From: Elusimicrobiota bacterium
GTDB lineage: Bacteria > Elusimicrobiota > Elusimicrobia > Elusimicrobiales > UBA9959
Assembly: GCA_016234365.1 (NCBI GenBank)
Contig: JACRER010000079.1
Span: 15,154-79,153, forward strand
DNA: 64,000 nt
Direction of reading: 5' to 3'
The translations under genes and the position numbers were made by a program. Of the stretch, positions 53,910 through 60,991 are shown in pieces (position 1 is the stretch's first letter; every line of letters starts with the position of its first letter). The notes beneath the pieces were generated by a model. That model had not been told where the DNA came from, searched no databases, and saw only the letters and a program-made list of their open reading frames with translations.

Positions 53910-54815
53910 ATGAAAAGGACCATTAAAATCTTCCTCAGCTTAGCCGCCGCGGCTCTGCTCCTCGTGTCCGGCAACGCTTTCGCCGCCGAAGACGTCTACA
54001 AGAAAATGGCGAACAACTTCGCCAAGTACTCCACCAGCAACAAAGTCAAGAACGTGGCCGTGATCGGGTTTTCCCGCAAGGCCAAGACCTCCCGCGAGGA
54101 GACCGAGTACGTTTCCGAAAAACTGCTCAGCTGCCTGGTGGCCTCAGGCAAGGTGAACCTGCTGGAACGCTCCCAGCTGGATAAGGTGCTGGAAGAGCGC
54201 CGCCTGTCCGCGGCCGGGGTGGCGGAAGAGGCTCCGGACGGCTCCCCTAAGAAGATGAACCCTTCGGACGCCATAATAGTAGGGACTATCTTCGGCACCA
54301 AGGACCAGCTCATGATCATCGCCAAGATGATAGACCCGCTTACCGGCGCCGTGCTGCACACCGTGGAGGCCAATACCGAGCGCCAGTGGGAGATCCTGCC
54401 CGAGCGCCCCGAGTTCTCCTTCGACGTGCCCGACCTGAAAGAGATAGCGGCGATGTTCGGGGAGGACGACATTCAGCCGGCCTTCGTGGATTTCCGCGAC
54501 GCGCCGGTCAGCCTGAACACGGAGATGTGCAACTCGCGCAAGCAGGCCCTGATGGCCAAGCAGCTGGCCGCTCTCGACGTCAAGGCCCGCTACTGGGCGC
54601 TGCAGATGCGCGACCCGGCCTTCAATTCCGGAGCCCTGCGCCGCAACCCCGGCGGCGAGATAATGGACGAAGCCGCCAGGCAGAAGTTCTACGGCCTGCT
54701 CAACGCCTACCACAGGGATGGCGCCGCGCCGGCCCTGAGCCCGGAGGAATTCTCCTCCATCACCGCGCTGGCGGCGGAGGAAGGGCGGATCTCGGACGAG
54801 TGCGGGCTTCATTGA
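53910..54815 (+). CDS. secreted protein with FlgO/CsgG/LpoB-like N-terminal domain
   Basis: SD AGGAGG. Signal peptide. VAVIGFSRKA...LLERSQLDKVLEERRLSAAG...DAIIVGTIFG...IIAKMIDPLTGAVL resembles that scaffold family. C-terminal half unassigned. Confidence 0.55.
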   Translation: MKRTIKIFLSLAAAALLLVSGNAFAAEDVYKKMANNFAKYSTSNKVKNVAVIGFSRKAKTSREETEYVSEKLLSCLVASGKVNLLERSQLDKVLEERRLSAAGVAEEAPDGSPKKMNPSDAIIVGTIFGTKDQLMIIAKMIDPLTGAVLHTVEANTERQWEILPERPEFSFDVPDLKEIAAMFGEDDIQPAFVDFRDAPVSLNTEMCNSRKQALMAKQLAALDVKARYWALQMRDPAFNSGALRRNPGGEIMDEAARQKFYGLLNAYHRDGAAPALSPEEFSSITALAAEEGRISDECGLH

Positions 54816-54862
54816 GGCCGCGGGCGCGGCGCGGTGTTCAGGTTGTTGCTGCCGGCGGCCGG

Positions 54863-55225
54863 CTAGGCGCCGATGGCTTTGTCCGCGAGGGCGCGGATCT
54901 CGTCTATACCGAAAGGCTTTATCAGGAAGCCGTCCACTTCTACTCCGGGGACGATGGGACTGGTGATGTTGGAGACGGAACCGGTGATGACGATGATCTT
55001 TACCGCCGGCCAGCCCTGCCTGATGCGCTTGATCACTTCCTCGCCGCGCATGTCCGGCATCTTCAGGTCGCAGATCACCACGTCGAAAGCTTCGCGGCCC
55101 AGCAGGTCCAGGGCTGACGCGCCGTCGGCCATCTCGGTAACGGCCCAGCCGCGGCTGGCCAGCGCGCGCCGCACGTAGTTGCGCACCAGCGCCTCGTCGT
55201 CTATTATCAGGATCTTTTTCCCCAT
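54863..55225 (-). CDS. single-domain (CheY-like) response regulator
   Basis: KILIIDDE...VVICDLKMPDMRG...IVITGS...KPF. Starts 4 nt after the kinase stop. Confidence 0.9.
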   Translation of the reverse strand: MGKKILIIDDEALVRNYVRRALASRGWAVTEMADGASALDLLGREAFDVVICDLKMPDMRGEEVIKRIRQGWPAVKIIVITGSVSNITSPIVPGVEVDGFLIKPFGIDEIRALADKAIGA

Positions 55226-55229
55226 AGGG

Positions 55230-56780
55230 TCAGACCGGCAGGCTGATGGTGAACGTGGACCCCTGGCCCGGGGCGCTGTGTGCCTTTATGGCGCCGTTAT
55301 GTTTATGGATTATCCCCAGGCAGACGGAGAGCCCCAGGCCCGTGCCCTTGCCCACCGGCTTGGTGGTGAAGAACGGGTCGAAGATCTTATTTATGATATC
55401 GGGCGGGATGCCCGCGCCGGTATCGGTGATGGAGGTCATCAGCAGTTCGGCGCCGCCCGGGGTTTTTAGCAGGCTGGTCGCCACGGTCAGTTCGCCTCCG
55501 TCGGGCATGGCGTCGCGCGCGTTGGTGAACAGGTTCAGGAACACCTGCATCAGCTGCTGGAAATCCGCGCTTACCATGGGCAGGGCCGGCGCCAGCTGGC
55601 GGGTTATCTTTATGTGTTTGAGCTCCATCTGCCGCGCGCAGAGCGTCAGCGTTTCCTCTATGACCTCGTTGATGTTGACCTGCTCTATAGTGGCCTTTTC
55701 CTGCCGCGAGAAAGACAGCAGCGAGACGATGATCTTTTTGCAGCGGAACACGGCCTTCTCTATTTCCTTGATGTCGGCGTAGTTCTGGCTGCCCTTCTCC
55801 AGATTCTCCAGCACCAGCTGCGCCAGGCCCAGGATGCCGGACAGGGGGTTGTTTATCTCGTGGGCGAGGCCGCCGGCCAGCTGGCCCAGCGCGGACATTT
55901 TTTCCGCCTGGATCAGCTGCCCCTGCGTTTCCTGCAGCTGCCGGTAGAGGCTGGAGTTGCGCAGCGCCAGGTTCACCAGCGACCCGAAAATGCGCGCGCG
56001 CTGCATGTCGTCCTCGGTGAAATAGGCTTCCTCCTCGTCGCGGTTGATGCAGATGAGGCCGGCGGGCTTGTTGTCCTCCACCAGCGGCAGGAAGAGGGAA
56101 AATTTTATCTTCTCGAGGTTCTTGATGTCGGAGAATCTTTTTTCCAGCCCCGGGGCCTCCACCAGTTGCAGGGCCTTGGCGGCTTCGGCCGGCTGGGCCA
56201 TTACGCGCGCGCACATTTCCAGGCGCGAGGACAGCGCCTCCTCGGTTTCCAGCCCTCCGGAAACCGCCACGCGAGGCTTGCCGTCGCGGTCGGGCAGCAC
56301 CAGCAGCGACTCGTCGGCCTTGAGGATGCGCGTGACGGCGTCTATGATGACGCGCAGCTGGTCTTCCGGCTTTATGGTGGAAAAGATCACCTTGGCGATG
56401 TCGTTGAACTTGCGCTTCTCCAGCGCGCGCTCCACCACCTTCAGCAGTTCCTTCAGTTCGAACGGCTTGTGCAGGTAGTCGAAAGCGCCTTTGCGTAAGC
56501 TCTGGATGGCGGTGCTCATGGTGCCGTGGCCGGTGGCGATGATCACTTCCAGCTCCGGGTCTATTTTCTTCATCTCGCCCAGGGCGGTGATGCCGTCCAT
56601 CTCCGGCATCTGGATGTCCATGATGGCCAGGTCGAATCTTTCCTGCGATACGCGCTTGAGCCCCTGGCTGCCGTTGTAGGCCACCGCCGCCGTGTAGCCG
56701 TTGGCCTCCAGCGTGGCCAGGATCATCTCGGCTATCTGGGCTTCGTCGTCGACTATAAGGATGTTCGCTTTTGCCGTCAT
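55230..56780 (-). CDS. soluble hybrid sensor kinase: REC, GAF-like region, HisKA, HATPase
   Basis: Start trimmed to MTAKANILIVDDE. DIQMPEMDG. H-box GGLAHEINNPL. N/G boxes LFTNARDAM, DTGAGIP, GTGLGLS. No TM segments. Confidence 0.9.
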   Translation of the reverse strand: MTAKANILIVDDEAQIAEMILATLEANGYTAAVAYNGSQGLKRVSQERFDLAIMDIQMPEMDGITALGEMKKIDPELEVIIATGHGTMSTAIQSLRKGAFDYLHKPFELKELLKVVERALEKRKFNDIAKVIFSTIKPEDQLRVIIDAVTRILKADESLLVLPDRDGKPRVAVSGGLETEEALSSRLEMCARVMAQPAEAAKALQLVEAPGLEKRFSDIKNLEKIKFSLFLPLVEDNKPAGLICINRDEEEAYFTEDDMQRARIFGSLVNLALRNSSLYRQLQETQGQLIQAEKMSALGQLAGGLAHEINNPLSGILGLAQLVLENLEKGSQNYADIKEIEKAVFRCKKIIVSLLSFSRQEKATIEQVNINEVIEETLTLCARQMELKHIKITRQLAPALPMVSADFQQLMQVFLNLFTNARDAMPDGGELTVATSLLKTPGGAELLMTSITDTGAGIPPDIINKIFDPFFTTKPVGKGTGLGLSVCLGIIHKHNGAIKAHSAPGQGSTFTISLPV

Positions 56781-56820
56781 GGTAAGCCAATTGTATAAAA
56801 AATAGCCGGCCCGGGGCGGG

Positions 56821-56848
56821 AAAAGCAAAAAGCCCCTTGCGGGGCTTT
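56821..56848 (-). terminator. intrinsic terminator (reverse strand) immediately upstream of the kinase promoter
   Basis: Reverse strand reads AGCCCC-gcaa-GGGGCT followed by TTTTTGCTTTT. Confidence 0.65.
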
Positions 56849-57066
56849 AAAATTGGAACGGAGCTTCAGGGTGAAAGTTCGACACTACTTTGCGTCACAT
56901 CCCGAGGTTAACTTATAAATACCGCTGATCAGCCGTGAAATCTGCGGTAGGGGCCCACACGCCGGCCCATCAGAGGGCCGGCTGCGGGCTCGCTCTGCTC
57001 CACCATAAGGTGCCCCGCTCTTATTGCAGATACAGAAAATTATTCCCCGCGCGCACTGCAAAGAGT
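56821..57066 (-). ncRNA. candidate structured RNA (independent sRNA or cis leader of the kinase operon), class unknown
   Basis: No credible ORF. TATAAA-like box near 57068-57073 on the reverse strand. Several stems, e.g. GCCGGCCC-tctgat-GGGCCGGC and CTCTTTGCAG/CTGCAAtaAGAG. Ends in the terminator above. Confidence 0.3.
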
Positions 57067-57182
57067 TTATAAATGTTTACCTTGCAGACTCTGCCCGCGC
57101 TAGCCAGTGGCTGCGCCACTCGCGGCGCGGGCTTGTTCCTGTTAACGTTGAGGAGCATTAATGCCGGTGGCCCCGGAATAAT

Positions 57183-57232
57183 AAAACACCGCCCCGGCGC
57201 CCGCTGCTGCGGCCGCCGCGGCGGTCTTTTTT
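57183..57232. terminator. GC-rich bidirectional terminator-like hairpin in gene-free DNA
   Basis: AAAAC-ACCGCC...GGCGGT-CTTTTTT, with an A-run on the left and a T-run on the right. Confidence 0.45.
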
Positions 57233-57414
57233 GTCAATTATTTGTAGCCACCGGCAGAGGCAGAGCCCAACAAAAAATAAGGTGGGACCAGGGCGGTCGC
57301 GGCTTGCCGCGGGATGGCCGCCGCCCCCGCCCTGGCCCGGCCTATTCCCCAACTTGTGGGCCGTCTGCGTGATTTTGTAAGGACAATTGTTATAGAATAG
57401 GCCATGGTTAGGCT

Positions 57415-58140
57415 ATGGGCAACTCGATATTAATTACCGAAGACGAGAAGTCTTATCTCAGGTCGCTTTCTCAGTATTTCACGCTATTGGGCTTTACCGT
57501 CCATGCCGCTACAAATTCTAAGGACACTATCCGCCTCGCTTCCGAACATCTCCCAGACTGTTTTCTGCTGGACTATAACCTCGGCGATGAGACCGTCGCA
57601 CCGGCCTGTCTTTTTATCCGTTCACACTCCCAGCTCAGGAGCGCGCCAATTATTGTCCTGAGCGGCGCGCATGAAAAGGCGGAAGAGTGCTATAACAACT
57701 GCAACGCCGACCTGTTCCTTGAAAAGGGTAAGCCTTTTACCGAAGTGGGGGCGGCGGTCAAACGACAGTTGCGCCGCATGGCGGTGCCGCCTTCTGTAAA
57801 ATCTTCGGATATTGTGGTTTCTGAGGAGCGCCTGAGCATTACAAGAGAAGGCTATTCGGAGATACTGCTCTCCGCGGAGCAGTTTAAGCTCTTCTTGCTG
57901 CTTTTTCAGAGAAGTCCAGGATTTGTTTCCGAAGATGAGATTTGCTCCGCCGTTCTCAACTCTGATTGCGGGGACAAACGGGAAGCTATAAATATGCTTG
58001 TTTACCGGCTGCGGAGCCGCCTTGGACTACGGCTCGGAAAGCGGATAAAGAGCCGGAAGCGTCTCGGTTGGGCTTATGTGCAGCCCAGGGTCCGGGGCGA
58101 GGCGCCGCCAAAGTCATCCGATGAAACTGCCAGTCGCTAA
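57415..58140 (+). CDS. orphan OmpR-family response regulator (divergent acidic pocket)
   Basis: ILITEDE, CFLLDYNLGD, IIVLSG, EKGKP. Winged helix LSAEQFKLFLLLFQ...LVYRLRSRLG...LGWAY. No kinase adjacent. First gene of the lower-GC segment. Confidence 0.8.
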   Translation: MGNSILITEDEKSYLRSLSQYFTLLGFTVHAATNSKDTIRLASEHLPDCFLLDYNLGDETVAPACLFIRSHSQLRSAPIIVLSGAHEKAEECYNNCNADLFLEKGKPFTEVGAAVKRQLRRMAVPPSVKSSDIVVSEERLSITREGYSEILLSAEQFKLFLLLFQRSPGFVSEDEICSAVLNSDCGDKREAINMLVYRLRSRLGLRLGKRIKSRKRLGWAYVQPRVRGEAPPKSSDETASR

Positions 58141-58237
58141 GTTCAGGCTCCCTGAAAAAGCAGTGTTGTAACCCGTTTTCGGGGTCTTTTTGGGACCCGA
58201 TTCGCCATTTTATTCTCATTGGTAAAACCCGCTAAAT

Positions 58238-58282
58238 AATAACGCTAGCGTTATTGACAATCACACTGGCACCCCATATACT
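58238..58282 (+). promoter_or_regulatory. near-consensus sigma70 promoter overlapped by an 18-bp perfect palindrome (operator candidate)
   Basis: AATAACGCTAGCGTTATT (58238-58255) overlaps TTGACA (58254-58259). A 17-nt spacer precedes TATACT (58277-58282). SD GAGGGGA before the ATG at 58329. Confidence 0.65.
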
Positions 58283-58328
58283 ATTGCCGGGAATTTGATT
58301 TTATGCTGGCATCGGTAGAGGGGAAGCT

Positions 58329-59315
58329 ATGAAAGATCTCAAATACGCCTTGTTTCTTGGCATTATGGTCTTTGCCGGGGCATACGTCTGGGCCATTCCT
58401 GCAGGCTTCAACATCCAGGGACGGCTTACGGACGCCAACGGGGTTAATAAGGATGGGACCTTACAGATAAAATTCTCGGTTTACCCAGGGGATATAGGAG
58501 GATCTCCAGTCTGGGAAAAGAACTTTACCTCTGTTGTGGTCAAGAACGGCAATTTCCAGGTTATACTCCAGGGGCAGGGAGATAATTCAGTGCAACTCGA
58601 AACGGCTGTAAAGGACCTGGAGGCCGCCTATGTGGAGATAAAAGTGGGCACAGAGGCTCCGCTGGTGCCGCGGCAGCCGCTATTGCGCTCTCCATTCGCC
58701 TCGTCGGATAAGATTGTTTCCAAAACAGACGTGCTGGTGCAAAGCGACAGCCAGAGTTCCGGCTCCGGACTCATAACTCTGCGCACTGGCAGCGCTGACC
58801 GCCTCACCATCCTTAATAACGGCAATGTCGGTGTAGGGAACAATGCCCCGGATAAAAAGCTTGTGGTCTCGGGCGATGCGGCCATAACGGGCAACCTCTC
58901 CGCCGGCAACTTGGTCGGTGCGGTTATGTTCTTTGCCGGGGCCGCATGCCCAGCGGGATGGCTTCAGCTTAACGGTGCCGCGCTGCAGGCGTCCGAATAC
59001 CCGGGGCTTTTCACCCAAATCGGGTATCTCTATGGCGGAAGCGGAGCCAGTTTTCTGCTTCCAAACATGACCGATGGCTCTTTTATCCGTGCCACCGGCG
59101 GAAACGCCGCGCCTGTCGGCGCAAAACAAGCGGATGCTATTATCTCTCATACGCACACCACGCCGTCACTGGGCTACTATCGGGATTATGGGCCAGGCAG
59201 ATATGGCCTGAATGATTATGCCCCGGGAAATGTCCCAACAAACAGCCAAAACCCGCCTGGCGCGGCGGAAACTCGACCCTTGAACTATTCCATGACGCCG
59301 TGCATAAAATTTTAG
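58329..59315 (+). CDS. secreted or anchored tail-fibre-like protein with C-terminal phage tail-collar domain
   Basis: N-terminal hydrophobic segment. Fibre-like FNIQGRLTDANG...VWEKNF...NGNFQVIL and NGNVGVGN. Collar domain VMFFAGAACPAGWLQLNGAAL...YPGLFTQIGYLYGGSGASFLLPNMTDGSFIR. Confidence 0.8.
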   Translation: MKDLKYALFLGIMVFAGAYVWAIPAGFNIQGRLTDANGVNKDGTLQIKFSVYPGDIGGSPVWEKNFTSVVVKNGNFQVILQGQGDNSVQLETAVKDLEAAYVEIKVGTEAPLVPRQPLLRSPFASSDKIVSKTDVLVQSDSQSSGSGLITLRTGSADRLTILNNGNVGVGNNAPDKKLVVSGDAAITGNLSAGNLVGAVMFFAGAACPAGWLQLNGAALQASEYPGLFTQIGYLYGGSGASFLLPNMTDGSFIRATGGNAAPVGAKQADAIISHTHTTPSLGYYRDYGPGRYGLNDYAPGNVPTNSQNPPGAAETRPLNYSMTPCIKF

Positions 59316-59356
59316 TGTTCAGCGGCAAGTGGCATATGAGACTGGGAGGTAAATTT

Positions 59357-59824
59357 ATGTCTTCGTTAAAACTGTCGGTTCTTGTGGTAGTTTCAATGCT
59401 TCTGGGAGCAAAAGCCATGGCCCAGGAAGTCTCTGGCTCTTTTATCCCATCAATTTTTTGGGATGCGAATGTGGACAAGGGGATTTTGCTTATCTCCCCG
59501 GATAAGATGGAAATCTTTGATCGAAAAGGTGCCGCTTACGGCGAGATAACCGCGAAAGGCCAGGTCTTGAACGTGTACATGTCACCAGACGGAAAGAAAC
59601 TGGTTTACTCCACAGCCACGGGCTTGTGGATGGTGAAGCTTGACACAAAGACGACAAGTGCGCTTGCCTCCGGGTTTTGTAACTACTTCTCCTGGGATGG
59701 TGCAGGGACAAGCTTTACGTTTGCGATCTATGCGAAAACGGAAGGCACTGGCGCCAATGCGTATAATATCAGGCTTTTCTGGGCCGACGGGGACGGGAAG
59801 AACCTGAAGCAAGTTTATCCGTGA
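59357..59824 (+). CDS. small secreted protein with PD40/TolB-like beta-propeller motifs
   Basis: ATG at 59357 after SD GGGAGG. Signal peptide MSSLKLSVLVVVSMLLGAKAMA. SPDGKKLVY and ADGDGKNLKQV motifs. Confidence 0.65.
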   Translation: MSSLKLSVLVVVSMLLGAKAMAQEVSGSFIPSIFWDANVDKGILLISPDKMEIFDRKGAAYGEITAKGQVLNVYMSPDGKKLVYSTATGLWMVKLDTKTTSALASGFCNYFSWDGAGTSFTFAIYAKTEGTGANAYNIRLFWADGDGKNLKQVYP

Positions 59825-59891
59825 CGATGCGCGGCCTAACCAATGGCGGTATTACACAATGCCGGGAGATGAAAAGGCGGAAAGGTTTGTT

Positions 59892-60878
59892 ATGCGAAAA
59901 CTAGGAGCGCTTGTCTGGTGCTTGCTGTTCGCGCCCCGCTGCTTTGCGGTAGAGCCGGCTACTGGGCAGGGGGTGGACCGTATTGGGCAAGGTGATTTGA
60001 GGAATCTCTATAAGGAACTAAAAGAGCAAAAACGGGATAAGGATGTCGAAATTTATTATAAGCAGGAAACCGTTATAAAAGAACCGGAGGACCAGGACGC
60101 ATACCTGAAGCATTTGCTTAGCGAATTGAACAAGACGCTGAAAAAAGGCAAAAAACAGGGGGTGGTGAGACGGGTGCAGGGGGATCTGGTGGAAATAGAC
60201 AAGGGCTCGGTGCATAAGATACGTGAGCGGGATGTGTACGTGGTATATGACTCCAGCGATCGATATAAAGCCAAACTGGAGGTGGAGGCGATTGCGGATG
60301 CTACCTCTATCGCCGTTAGTTATGAACGGGAAAAGAAAATAGAGCCTGGTGATGCAGTTAGGTTTCGCGGACAACGTAAATTGCTGGAGCTGGGATTGAT
60401 ATATGGATTTGATGGGATTGGGGGAAGTAGAAAGTATTCGGGATTAGGAATGATCTGGGAATATAATCTTCGCAACGGTTGGGGGGTCGATTTCCTCGGG
60501 ACTAATTTTGAACGGATTTGGGAAAAGAGATTCGACGGGGAATGGCAGGATGGAAGATTCCGTATTCCCCTGGCGCTGGGAGTAAGAAAATATTTTTACT
60601 ATCCATTTTGGGTTTCTCCCTTTGTCGGCTTGGGCGGCAGTTATCTAAAGGTGGATCTCACACATACTTATACTGGATATCCCGCCGCAGAGGGGGAGTC
60701 CCAGTTATCAACGATAAGACTTATGCCTTATTTTGTAATTGGCACGCAGTTCTCGGGCGCACAGTTCCATCTTAATCTTGAGGCACGGTATTTTCACGGC
60801 CCCAAGCTGAATATTGAGCCGGAACCTGTAAAAATACGCCCGACCATTTATTGCGGCTCGATTTCATTCGCCTGGTAA
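59892..60878 (+). CDS. outer-membrane beta-barrel protein with N-terminal periplasmic domain
   Basis: Signal peptide MRKLGALVWCLLFAPRCFA (alternative start 59859). Alternating-hydrophobic strands in the C-terminal half. Terminal ...GSISFAW aromatic OMP signature. Confidence 0.6.
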   Translation: MRKLGALVWCLLFAPRCFAVEPATGQGVDRIGQGDLRNLYKELKEQKRDKDVEIYYKQETVIKEPEDQDAYLKHLLSELNKTLKKGKKQGVVRRVQGDLVEIDKGSVHKIRERDVYVVYDSSDRYKAKLEVEAIADATSIAVSYEREKKIEPGDAVRFRGQRKLLELGLIYGFDGIGGSRKYSGLGMIWEYNLRNGWGVDFLGTNFERIWEKRFDGEWQDGRFRIPLALGVRKYFYYPFWVSPFVGLGGSYLKVDLTHTYTGYPAAEGESQLSTIRLMPYFVIGTQFSGAQFHLNLEARYFHGPKLNIEPEPVKIRPTIYCGSISFAW

Positions 60879-60916
60879 CTAGCGCAGTGTGGTGTGGATT
60901 TCCGTGTGGGATCTCG

Positions 60917-60991
60917 ATGGCGGTAGACGGGGACGAAAAAAATCTGAAGCAGGTGTGCCCGTGGAAGACGGGATTTATGGTAAGTGTATGA
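60917..60991 (+). pseudogene. relic of the 3' end of a PD40-like gene, ending in an ATGA overlap with the M23 gene start
   Basis: 60926-60964 is 30/39 identical to 59786-59824. In frame, DGDEKNLKQVCP compares with DGDGKNLKQVYP*. Confidence 0.35.

Noticed and set aside
56850-57010. Partial matches to known RNA families: ACGCAAAG (c-di-GMP-I riboswitch core), AGGGUGAAAG (RNase P), GGGGCU...GUUCGAC (tmRNA 5' end)
   Set aside because: Each is an isolated 8-10 nt match. The partner motifs are absent: GAGGAAAGUCC for RNase P, T-arm/ACCA and tag ORF for tmRNA, and the first GEMM half. Left as an unclassified RNA candidate pending an Rfam scan.
57073-57372. 99-aa + ORF and 64-aa - ORF in the gene-free spacer
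   Set aside because: Gly/Arg/Pro-rich, no SD, and they span terminator-like hairpins. Judged non-coding.
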